From assembly GCA_040758355.1 (NCBI GenBank), contig JBFLWF010000006.1:32001-96000 (forward strand): DNA of 64,000 bases, given 5' to 3'. Made by a program: the position numbers and the translations under genes. This document shows positions 9,649 through 17,404 of this stretch, piece after piece. Position 1 is the stretch's first letter, and each line of letters begins with the position of its first letter. Below the pieces are notes generated by a model. It searched no databases and was not told where the DNA came from. It saw nothing but the letters and a program-made list of their open reading frames with translations. The DNA comes from Nitrospirota bacterium (GTDB taxonomy: Bacteria > Nitrospirota > Thermodesulfovibrionia > Thermodesulfovibrionales > Dissulfurispiraceae).

Positions 9649-11051
9649 TGATGACCTTGATTAACCCGGGCATACTCATTGTTGATGACGAAGATATTGT
9701 AAGGAAGAGCTGCGTCAGGATACTTTCGCCTCAGGGCTATAATCTCGAGACTGCAAAGAATGCGAGCGAGGCCGTGAAGAAACTCCAGAACGAGTCATTT
9801 GATCTCGTGCTCGCAGACCTTGTTATGCCCGATGTAACAGGCATAGACCTTTTGAAAAAAATTAAAGAGGATTGGCCTGAAACAGAGGTGATAATAATTA
9901 CAGGGTATGGAACAGTAAAAACCGCAGTGGATGCCCTCAAATACGGTGTATACGACTTTATAGAGAAGCCCTTCACTCCAGAGGCGCTTTTAAATTCTGT
10001 TGAGCGATGCCTCGAAAAGAAAAAGCTCGAACTCGAAAATATAAGGCTCAGGCAGGAGATCAATGCCCTGTACAGTTTAGACAATATCATAGGCACATCA
10101 AAGGAGATGCAAAAGGTATTTAAGCTCATAGCCACTGTCGCGTCTACAGGCAGCACTGTATTGATAACAGGCGAGAGCGGCACAGGAAAGGAGCTTGTTG
10201 CACGGGCCATACATTACAACAGTGCAAGGAGGGAGCAGCCCTTTATGGTGGTTGACTGCGGCACAATACCCGAAAACCTCATGGAATCCGAATTGTTCGG
10301 ACATACGAAAGGCTCATTCACAGGTGCAATTGCAACAGAAAAAGGAGTTCTCGAGGCAGCCAACGGAGGGACGGTATTTCTTGACGAGATAAGCAATCTT
10401 CCGCTGTCAATGCAGGTGAAGCTTCTGAGGGTATTGCAGGAAAAGGAGTTCAGGCCTGTTGGCAGCAAAAAGACAGTGAAGATCGACATAAGGTTTATCG
10501 CAGCAACTAACAGGGATCTTTCAGAGATGGTTAAAGAAGGGAAATTCAGGGAAGACTTCTTTTACAGGCTGAATGTATTTCCCATCGATATCCCTCATTT
10601 GAGGGACAGAAAAGAAGACATCCCTGCCCTCGCTTACCATTTCCTCCACAAATACAGCAAGGAAGTCGGAAGGGATGTCCCGCACATTTCAGCAGAGGCC
10701 ATGCGCCAGCTCATCGCCAATGACTGGCCTGGCAACGTAAGGGAGCTTGAAAATGTAATCCACAGGGCAGTAATAGTTTGCGAAGGCAGGACTCTCAAGC
10801 CAGAGCATATAATGATACCTCTGAATCGGGAGGAAGAAATAGAAACTCCAAAAACGCTAAAAGAACTGAAATTAAAGAAAAAGGACTTAAGGACAAGGTC
10901 TATAGAGGATATAGAGAAGAGCTTTCTCATTGCCGCGCTTAAGCGTAATGACTGGAATATCACAAAGGCTGCTGCAGAGGTGGGCATGCAGAGGCCGAAT
11001 TTCCATGCGCTGTTAAAGAAATACAATATCTCAAAGGGGAAGGCTGATTAA
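9648..11051 (+). CDS. Sigma-54-dependent response regulator (NtrC family)
   Basis: REC, GESGTGKE, ESELFGH..GSFTGA, WPGNVRELEN, Fis-type HTH. Confidence 0.95.
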   Translation: MMTLINPGILIVDDEDIVRKSCVRILSPQGYNLETAKNASEAVKKLQNESFDLVLADLVMPDVTGIDLLKKIKEDWPETEVIIITGYGTVKTAVDALKYGVYDFIEKPFTPEALLNSVERCLEKKKLELENIRLRQEINALYSLDNIIGTSKEMQKVFKLIATVASTGSTVLITGESGTGKELVARAIHYNSARREQPFMVVDCGTIPENLMESELFGHTKGSFTGAIATEKGVLEAANGGTVFLDEISNLPLSMQVKLLRVLQEKEFRPVGSKKTVKIDIRFIAATNRDLSEMVKEGKFREDFFYRLNVFPIDIPHLRDRKEDIPALAYHFLHKYSKEVGRDVPHISAEAMRQLIANDWPGNVRELENVIHRAVIVCEGRTLKPEHIMIPLNREEEIETPKTLKELKLKKKDLRTRSIEDIEKSFLIAALKRNDWNITKAAAEVGMQRPNFHALLKKYNISKGKAD

Positions 11052-11122
11052 ACCATAATCCGTAAACATGGATAGCAGGTATGCGCTCAAAGCCGTCCCT
11101 CTTTTCGGCGCACCTGCTATCC
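11050..11122 (-). repeat. Short tandem-G.A hairpin element (copy S2)
   Basis: GGATAGCAGGT...ACCTGCTATCC stem with CTCAAAG/CTTTTC core. Left flank AAACC..AATCCGTAAA also occurs at 36156. Confidence 0.7.
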
Positions 11123-11134
11123 TGCATTAGTGAG

Positions 11135-11323
11135 ATGACAAAAATCGATTGTTTTAAATGCAAACACTTCTATATCACATGGGACAAAGGCTTTCCTTAT
11201 GGATGCAAGGCAATGGGATTCAAGACAAAAAACATGCCCTCTGATGTCGTCTATCAATCTTCGGGAATGGAGTGTTTGAAATACGAGGAAAAGGACAAAA
11301 ATCCTAAAAATATCATCAGATAA
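11135..11323 (+). CDS. Small Cys-rich conserved hypothetical protein
   Basis: CFKCKHFYITWD..PYGC..GFK...SG.EC; ATG 11135 chosen as start. Confidence 0.7.
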   Translation: MTKIDCFKCKHFYITWDKGFPYGCKAMGFKTKNMPSDVVYQSSGMECLKYEEKDKNPKNIIR

Positions 11324-11395
11324 ACCGCCTAAGCGAGGGGATACAAAACTTCTTCCTGCTTGTGTCGCCAATGAGGACAGCACAAAACTTAGCAG
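11317..11395 (-). pseudogene. DNA methyltransferase internal remnant fused to the GCGGTTTATCTG motif
   Basis: Minus strand reads KFCAVLIGDTSRKKFCIP, versus KHCAVLIGDTRRNKFYIP in the 14359-14685 remnant. Confidence 0.75.
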
Positions 11396-11449
11396 GTGGC
11401 AGATTATAAATCTGTGGTATAATTTAATAAAAATGAAGGGTGGATTCCA

Positions 11450-11740
11450 CTGCCAATCATAATTGATGATATAATATGGCTGGATACCATAGTTGAGAAG
11501 ATTGCATGGAAACACGGCGTACTTCCACATGAGGTTGAAGAAGTGTTATCCGGCAATTTCAGGATGTTTAAAAGAGAAAGCGGAAAGGTTGAAGGAGAGG
11601 ATCTTTATAATGCCCTCGGCATAACCGAAGGCGGACGATATCTCTCAATATTTTTTATAAGGAAACTAAATAACAAGGCCCTGATCATAACTGCAAGAGA
11701 TATGAACAAAAGGGAGAAAAGAAGATATGAAAAAAAGTAA
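11450..11740 (+). CDS. BrnT-family toxin
   Basis: Frame extends upstream to CTG 11450 after GAAGGGTGG: IIW..IVEKIAWKHGV..EVEEV...ALG.T..GRYL...IITARDM...E.RRY. Confidence 0.8.
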   Translation: MPIIIDDIIWLDTIVEKIAWKHGVLPHEVEEVLSGNFRMFKRESGKVEGEDLYNALGITEGGRYLSIFFIRKLNNKALIITARDMNKREKRRYEKK

Positions 11741-11966
11741 ATACAGAGAGATGACAATAGCAGAGGCAAGCGACTATTTCAACGAGCATGATATATTTGA
11801 GTTTGAAGATGTAAAGGAAGTCTCTGATGTCAAATTCAAGTTGCATAAGAAAAAATATATTGGGGTTGACATAGACCTTTTTAAGAAAATTAAAAGTAAA
11901 GCAAAAAAACTCCATAAAAGCGAAGACCTGCTTATAAAAGAATGGCTTATTGAAAAAGTCGGGTAA
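11727..11966 (+). CDS. Cognate antitoxin (BrnA/CopG-like RHH)
   Basis: Overlaps the toxin; EASDYF..HD...LIKEWL.EK. Confidence 0.75.
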   Translation: MKKSKYREMTIAEASDYFNEHDIFEFEDVKEVSDVKFKLHKKKYIGVDIDLFKKIKSKAKKLHKSEDLLIKEWLIEKVG

Positions 11967-12039
11967 GACTTTTTCAATACCTTAAAAAATCCTTCCCGAT
12001 TTGTCTTTTGCAGTTTTGTTCTTTCGCCCCTTCCATGCT

Positions 12040-12081
12040 TTTTTGAAACACAAAAATATGCTCATTAAAAGGAGGGGAAAA
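12040..12081 (-). pseudogene. Methyltransferase C-terminal remnant
   Basis: Minus strand encodes ..EHIFVFQK, matching HEHIFVFYK of the 14359-14685 remnant. Confidence 0.55.
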
Positions 12082-12090
12082 GCATTAGGA

Positions 12091-12444
12091 TTAGTAAAAC
12101 TCTTGTAAAAATCTCAGTTGATTATCAATTTCTCCATCTTTGGTAACAGCAAGCAATTTGAGAGTTAGCCTTATTAGCTCTGCAATTTTTATTTCAGGAG
12201 ATATGATAATTCCTTTGTGGCGTTTGCCTTCTTCGAGCCATGTCCTATGCAGTTTTGTGAAATCGCCAATATTAAAAGTGAGTATGGCTCTGCCCTGAGA
12301 GGCTGTAAATACAAGTTGTTCTAAATCATTTTTGCCAAGCATGCCCGCATCTCTCGCAGACAAGACATCATAATTGTATTGCTTCAATATTAAGGTGAGG
12401 TCAACAGGGATCATTTCATCGAGATAAAGCTTAATAGCAGCCAT
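12091..12444 (-). CDS. DUF5615 PIN-like toxin
   Basis: KLYLDE...YDV......D.EQL..A....R.ILTFN..DF...H.GII. Confidence 0.85.
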   Translation of the reverse strand: MAAIKLYLDEMIPVDLTLILKQYNYDVLSARDAGMLGKNDLEQLVFTASQGRAILTFNIGDFTKLHRTWLEEGKRHKGIIISPEIKIAELIRLTLKLLAVTKDGEIDNQLRFLQEFY

Positions 12445-12842
12445 CAGTCATATTTTTCAGGAAGGGTTTCCCATGTATATGTCTTTTCTTTTTCATCGTC
12501 CGATAGTTTTTCAAATTCTTCTTCCGTTATAAGCCGGTCAATCCCGTATTCGCCTACAACCAATCGCATATTAGATCTTTTCATAATCGCTCTGAGTGTA
12601 TTTTCCTGAATTTCCTGTTCAATCTCATTCTTATGATCAAAGTAATAGCTGATGGCGTCATGGATCTGCGCAAATGTAAGATGAGGGTATCCCATAAGAA
12701 TATCTTCCGCAGAGTTTCCGCTTTTCACCATAGAAGCGATTAAGCGCACTGTAATCCTTGTGCCGGATATAACAGGCGAACCGCCGCAGATTTCCGGATT
12801 CTTGATAATGTAAGGATGTTCGGTCTTTAATTCTGTAGGCAT
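12444..12842 (-). CDS. DUF433 antitoxin
   Basis: HPYI..NPEICGGSPVISGTRI.V...YPHLT..QIHDAISYY; ATG 12842 with AGGAGG SD. Confidence 0.88.
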   Translation of the reverse strand: MPTELKTEHPYIIKNPEICGGSPVISGTRITVRLIASMVKSGNSAEDILMGYPHLTFAQIHDAISYYFDHKNEIEQEIQENTLRAIMKRSNMRLVVGEYGIDRLITEEEFEKLSDDEKEKTYTWETLPEKYD

Positions 12843-12900
12843 TGCGGACTTCCTCCTAAGCAAATAATATCAAAATCGCTCTGAAAGATGCAATTTATAT

Positions 12901-13060
12901 TCACAGATAAACCGCCCTGCCGACTTCTCTGGCAATAAGATTGTCGAATTTATAGTTCTTAAGCCACTGAGATTCCCGTTTCAGATTTTTGAATGCATCC
13001 GCCGCATCTGTGCCTTCGGCGATGCCGATGACAACGGCATCTTCAGTTGAATGGAGTTCA
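12901..13060 (-). pseudogene. 3' remnant of an unknown gene ending ...AVYL*
   Basis: Minus strand VVIGIAEGTDAADAFKNLKRESQWLKNYKFDNLIAREVGRAVYL*; no start codon; homologous to 13583-13689. Confidence 0.75.
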
Positions 13061-13062
13061 GA

Positions 13063-13302
13063 TTACTTTTTGAGAAATTTTTGAAATTCCTCTGGAGACA
13101 ATTCAATATCGCGAAGGATTTTTCTTAGAAGCCCTCGACCAATGGTCTTCCCTTTATGAACGGGGACTGTTGTTTTCCTTCCATCAGGGTGGGTATATCT
13201 GAAGTGACTGCCTTTGGACTTTCTCGTATTCTTGAAGCCAAGCCTTTCAAGAATCCTTATAATTTCTTTGGAAGGCAGTATTGGAAGTCCGCCTTCAGTC
13301 AA
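13063..13302 (-). CDS. hicA: HicA-family toxin
   Basis: L.RLGF....KGSH...HPDGRKTTVPVH......G.L.KIL. Confidence 0.9.
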   Translation of the reverse strand: MTEGGLPILPSKEIIRILERLGFKNTRKSKGSHFRYTHPDGRKTTVPVHKGKTIGRGLLRKILRDIELSPEEFQKFLKK

Positions 13303-13532
13303 ACTGCAACCTCAAGGCTTTTAATGCCTATTACTTCAGGATATTTTAAACTGATTTTTTTCTTTCTTTCCTTAAGTTCTTCAATGCACATGGCAATCAC
13401 ATCTTTTATATTTTCTATTGCCTCTTCAAAGGTCTCTCCCTGTGCATAGCAGCCCTGAAGTGCAGGGCATTCAGCAACATAGACGCCATCTTCATCTTGC
13501 TCGATAATTACCTGAAGATTATATTTCTTCAA
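13299..13532 (-). CDS. hicB: HicB-family antitoxin
   Basis: IEQDEDG.YVA.CPALQGCYAQGETFEEA; TTG 13532 after GGAGGTG. Confidence 0.9.
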   Translation of the reverse strand: MKKYNLQVIIEQDEDGVYVAECPALQGCYAQGETFEEAIENIKDVIAMCIEELKERKKKISLKYPEVIGIKSLEVAV

Positions 13533-13563
13533 TTTTAACACCTCCCCTGTTAAGTCTATGAAC

Positions 13564-13597
13564 ATTATACACCTAAAGCCGTTTACAGATAAACCGC
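13564..13597 (-). promoter_or_regulatory. 34-bp repeat containing a TATAAT -10 (copy 1 of 2)
   Basis: ATTATACACCTAAAGCCGTTT(A/G)CAGATAAACCGC recurs at 14358-14391 with one mismatch; both copies precede a TA-like operon. Confidence 0.7.
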
Positions 13598-13689
13598 CCC
13601 GCCTGCTTTTCTGGCAGCAAGGTTGTCGAACCGTTTCAGATTTCTGAACGCATCCTTTGCATTTCTGCCTTCGGCAATGCCGATAATTA
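13583..13689 (-). pseudogene. Second 3' remnant of the ...AVYL* gene (internally deleted)
   Basis: VIIGIAEGRNAKDAFRNLKR-FDNLAARKAGGAVYL*. Confidence 0.75.
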
Positions 13690-14238
13690 CGACTTTTTGA
13701 GATGAATAATAGGCTCAAGTTTAGGAAGCAGGAAATATTTTCCAGCCAGTTTGTAGACTTTGCGAATATCGGCCTTCTTTGAAAGCTCTTTAATATCAAT
13801 AATGTCCTGACTGCTTAACGGCAGGAGTTTCAGTAAGATAAGGTATTCAGGGGTAGCGACTTTAATGCTCTTTCCCAGAACATCGGCAACAACCGCATTT
13901 TTTATCGCATCAGCCGCCAAATCAAATCCGCCCGTGCCTATAATATCAACCTGAATCTGACCTGACATGAAAGAAAATTTCTCCTGTATCGTCATTCGCG
14001 GCGTTGCTTTATGGACAGATACCTTTTTCTGCAGTCTTGTCTGGATAAGAGAGATCAGGTCTACCCAGTTTATCTTTTTTGAGATTATAACAACCAGATC
14101 AACATCCCTCGTGGTGCGCGGACGCACCCATGCCGAAAGCGCAAGCCCGCCAATAAGCGCATAATCTTCGACAATGCCTTCATTCTTCAGCTCATCGAAA
14201 AAGGAAATGGTTTTTATAAAGGCTTCGATTATAGACAT
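13687..14238 (-). CDS. Nucleotidyltransferase (AbiEii/DUF6036-like), putative toxin
   Basis: YALIGGLAL.....PRTTRDVDL...VATPEYLILLKL......D..DI. Confidence 0.75.
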   Translation of the reverse strand: MSIIEAFIKTISFFDELKNEGIVEDYALIGGLALSAWVRPRTTRDVDLVVIISKKINWVDLISLIQTRLQKKVSVHKATPRMTIQEKFSFMSGQIQVDIIGTGGFDLAADAIKNAVVADVLGKSIKVATPEYLILLKLLPLSSQDIIDIKELSKKADIRKVYKLAGKYFLLPKLEPIIHLKKS

Positions 14239-14351
14239 TACTTTTTCTTTCCTGCTTTATGAACCGACTTCTTGATTATTAAGGAAAGTTCGAGCAGTTC
14301 GAGGGCGATTTCTATGTTTTTGCCGTTCGGTTTTAAAGGCTTCTTTTTCAT
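14238..14351 (-). CDS. 37-aa basic partner protein (not in ORF track)
   Basis: MKKKPLKPNGKNIEIALELLELSLIIKKSVHKAGKKK*. Stop overlaps the NTase ATG (TAATG); TATAAT lies 6 nt upstream of the start. Confidence 0.6.
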   Translation of the reverse strand: MKKKPLKPNGKNIEIALELLELSLIIKKSVHKAGKKK

Positions 14352-14358
14352 GCTTGAA

Positions 14359-14685
14359 TTATACACCTAAAGCCGTTTGCAGATAAACCGCAGGGCCTGC
14401 CTCTGTAGGTTTTCGTGGCTTGTAAAAAACAAAAATGTGCTCGTGCATTATGAGGAGAAAGTTGTACTCCTTTGATTTTTTGACCCAAAAACCTGTTGCC
14501 CTGCAATTGTGCTGAACCTTGATGATGTCTTCTTTGAGGACGAATCCAGCCTTTAAAAAGCGCTCCATGACGTTATACGCAAGGGGAATATAGAATTTGT
14601 TCCGCCTCGTATCGCCGATAAGAACAGCGCAATGTTTGCCGGGCTTTAAAACCCTGAAACATTTAGGATAGATTATTTTTGACAA
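14359..14685 (-). pseudogene. 5'-truncated beta-class DNA methyltransferase fused to the AVYL motif
   Basis: CFRVLKPGKHCAVLIGD...GFVLKEDIIK.QHN...HEHIFVF; lacks the catalytic and SAM motifs; ends EAGPAVYL. Confidence 0.75.
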
Positions 14686-14712
14686 TTCTAATAAAATACA
14701 TCAGGTGAACTC

Positions 14713-15165
14713 ATGAAGAAGATATTAACCCTCGCTGATCAGATCAACAAACGAATTTGGTGGCATTCTCCACCATCAGACAAAAACGCTTACAAAAAAA
14801 GAGGTATGTTCCTGTCTTCGTCATATAAGGAATGCGAATTTTATGGCCGCCCTCTTGATGAACCAATTAGGGTAAAAGTGTCTAAACCGTTAGTAGACAC
14901 TGAACGAAATGTAATTAGATTTTTCTTTGGTAATGATTCTCCACAGATGCTTACCTTAAATGCCTTAATGAATGGCACCTCAAGAAGCCCGGTAAAGGCA
15001 AGATTTAAATTAGATGCGGATTTATTTGAAGCAGCTAAGAAAAACAAATATGATGCCATTGCAATAATCCCAGAAAAGGGTCTTGAAAAAATAAAAAATC
15101 ACAAACTTCCAAGAAGTGTAGAGTTGAACGTAATTGATTTCGAGAATGGAATTGATAAAGTATGA
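14713..15165 (+). CDS. Hypothetical protein, possible ADP-ribosyltransferase-like fold
   Basis: SD AGGTGA; stop overlaps the MTase ATG; H...G.FL.......FYG...V.KPL...YDAI pattern. Confidence 0.55.
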   Translation: MKKILTLADQINKRIWWHSPPSDKNAYKKRGMFLSSSYKECEFYGRPLDEPIRVKVSKPLVDTERNVIRFFFGNDSPQMLTLNALMNGTSRSPVKARFKLDADLFEAAKKNKYDAIAIIPEKGLEKIKNHKLPRSVELNVIDFENGIDKV

Positions 15166-16103
15166 AAGGCACTACACATAAAATTAAAAGCGAAAAAAAG
15201 TGGTCTATAATATACAAGTACACAGAAAGCCCAATTGAATTTTACATTTCAGAAGAAACAGTCACTTATGGCGACAACGGCAAGAAAAAGCCTTTCTCCA
15301 TTTACTACGACAACCCTGCACATTCAGTGAGACTTCTCAAAGGCGATTGCATAGAGATATTGAATCAGGCCAGGGAAAACAGTGTTGATATGATTTTTGC
15401 CGACCCGCCTTATTTTCTTTCTAATGGAGGCATCACTTGCCATGCGGGAAAGATGGTATCTGTTAATAAAGGCAAGTGGGATAAATCCAAAGGTGTGGCA
15501 GAAAATCATAAATTTACTCTCGAATGGCTCAAGGCTTGTCAGCGCGTCCTAAAGCCAAATGGAACAATATGGGTTTCGGGAACAACACATATCATTTACT
15601 CGGTCGGCTTTGCAATGCAGGAGCTTGGATATAAAATCCTTAATGACATTATCTGGTACAAGCGCAACGCTCCACCAAATCTCTCATGCAGATATTTCAC
15701 ACATTCAACAGAGATAGTTTTATGGGCTGCCAAAAATGAAAAAAGCAAACATTACTTTGATTATCATCTTATGAAGAAAATGAATCAAGGTAAGCAGATG
15801 CGTAATGTGTGGGAAATCTCAGCACCGCCAGCAGAGGAAAAGAAGTTCGGAAAACATCCAACTCAAAAACCTGTGGAGCTTTTGAAAAGAATTATCCTTG
15901 CATCTACAAAAGGGGACGATTTAGTGCTTGATCCCTTCTGTGGCAGTTCAACAACCGGCGTTGCAGCGGTCTTATTAAATCGGAAGTATGTAGGGATTGA
16001 TTTGGAGGATGAATATCTTGCTGTCTCTGTAAAGCGATTGAAAGAAGCAATTGTGAAAAAAGAACATAAGCTATTTGAGCATAAAGAGGCAGTAACACGA
16101 TGA
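15162..16103 (+). CDS. Beta-class N6-adenine methyltransferase (DpnA-like)
   Basis: FADPPYFLSNGG, HPTQKP, LDPFCGS.TTG. Confidence 0.92.
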   Translation: MKGTTHKIKSEKKWSIIYKYTESPIEFYISEETVTYGDNGKKKPFSIYYDNPAHSVRLLKGDCIEILNQARENSVDMIFADPPYFLSNGGITCHAGKMVSVNKGKWDKSKGVAENHKFTLEWLKACQRVLKPNGTIWVSGTTHIIYSVGFAMQELGYKILNDIIWYKRNAPPNLSCRYFTHSTEIVLWAAKNEKSKHYFDYHLMKKMNQGKQMRNVWEISAPPAEEKKFGKHPTQKPVELLKRIILASTKGDDLVLDPFCGSSTTGVAAVLLNRKYVGIDLEDEYLAVSVKRLKEAIVKKEHKLFEHKEAVTR

Positions 16104-17026
16104 AATATTCCCCAATATTTAAAAATAAGATAGGTTGTAAGAATGAAAGCGAAGTATTTGCTTATCTGATCAATAATCTTAATGATTCCATCAGATACTG
16201 GGACTATTTTGTGAACTGGAAAAAGGTTCTCGGTAACACGCGAGAGTTGGAGGTAGATTTGAATATTATGAACTACCTGATCGGCAAGGAAGATATTGAG
16301 AAAGAATTTGGTTGTCTTTTAAAAAAGCATCCTCAGATTTTAAGATTAGTTCCTGTGCTTCTTGCATGTAGAGAACATAAGTTTAAAATCCTCACAGATC
16401 TTTCTGAGGGGAATCTCAAGTATGATGATTTTTCATTTGAGGAAAAGAGAAACCTTTCCGATGCTGAAATTTCAAAAGTTGTCCGTTTTGCGCAAAAAAG
16501 TGGCTTGTTAAAAATATTCAAAGACAAAACCGTTAAGAATGTTGTTGATTACACAATTGGGATTGAGGTTGGGCTTGACAGTAATGGGCGTAAAAACCGA
16601 GGCGGTACTGCTATGGAGAAAGTTATCGAATCTTATATTAAAGTAATATGCAAAATGCATGGCTTCAGATATATGAAACAGGCGACTTCTGAAAAGGTGT
16701 CTTCAGAATGGGGACTGAAACTTAGTGTTGACAAATCAAGTAGACGATTCGATTTTGCAGTATACAATGGCAAGAAGCTTTATCTCATAGAAGCCAATTA
16801 CTATGGCGGTGGAGGCTCTAAACTTAAATCTACAGCAGGCGAATATAAAGCTCTATATGATTTTGTCTCTAAGGACGGTCATAAATTTATCTGGATTACC
16901 GATGGCTTGGGATGGAAGACTACCAGTAGGCCTTTAGAGGAAACTTTTAATCATATCGAGTATCTTTTGAATTTAAAAATGCTTACTGAAGGTATCTTAG
17001 ATGGGATTGTTGTAAATAACCTCTAA
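16100..17026 (+). CDS. DpnII-family type II restriction endonuclease (GATC)
   Basis: GIEVGLDSNGRKNRGG, RFDF...IEANYY.GGGSKL, FIWITDG.GW. Confidence 0.9.
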   Translation: MKYSPIFKNKIGCKNESEVFAYLINNLNDSIRYWDYFVNWKKVLGNTRELEVDLNIMNYLIGKEDIEKEFGCLLKKHPQILRLVPVLLACREHKFKILTDLSEGNLKYDDFSFEEKRNLSDAEISKVVRFAQKSGLLKIFKDKTVKNVVDYTIGIEVGLDSNGRKNRGGTAMEKVIESYIKVICKMHGFRYMKQATSEKVSSEWGLKLSVDKSSRRFDFAVYNGKKLYLIEANYYGGGGSKLKSTAGEYKALYDFVSKDGHKFIWITDGLGWKTTSRPLEETFNHIEYLLNLKMLTEGILDGIVVNNL

Positions 17027-17064
17027 AGGGACAACAAAAATTGTACTCTGAATTTTTTAAGTCT

Positions 17065-17316
17065 CTATACTTCTATAGGCCATATAGGAGTAAAAGAATT
17101 GTTCGTCTCTTCAACTGATATTATGTTTTTGACCTCAAATTTACGCGTCCCCTTTTTCATTATGTCATAACAATAAAAGAATTCACTCCCTCTCTCAAAT
17201 CTGTAACTGTATGGTTCGGCTTCTCGAGTTTCAATAGAACCATCTTTCTCCTTAGCTGTTAATAGAATGGTATGAAGATTTTTACCAGCAGATGAAATAA
17301 TATCTTTAATTGTCAT
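17065..17316 (-). CDS. Stand-alone WYL-domain protein
   Basis: REAEPYS...FYCYD......R.F.V.NI..V......F.P. Confidence 0.7.
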   Translation of the reverse strand: MTIKDIISSAGKNLHTILLTAKEKDGSIETREAEPYSYRFERGSEFFYCYDIMKKGTRKFEVKNIISVEETNNSFTPIWPIEV

Positions 17317-17404
17317 TGCATACCCTCCACTGAAAAAATATTCTTAAAATAATAATCATTCTTTTTTGTCTACCCCCTACCAAAATTCAGGGTGCGACCT
17401 ATCT

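Noticed and set aside
10310..10330. GSFTGA instead of GAFTGA in the sigma-54 activator
   Set aside because: A common functional variant.
11135..11323. Uracil-DNA glycosylase label sometimes given to this small family
   Set aside because: 62 aa with no UDG motifs.
13533..13799. N-terminal extension of HicB in the ORF track
   Set aside because: It crosses a promoter, a gene remnant and the NTase gene; the SD supports TTG 13532.
11317..14391. CRISPR array from the recurring 12-34 bp repeats
   Set aside because: Spacing is 0.7-1.6 kb and contains whole genes; no cas genes.
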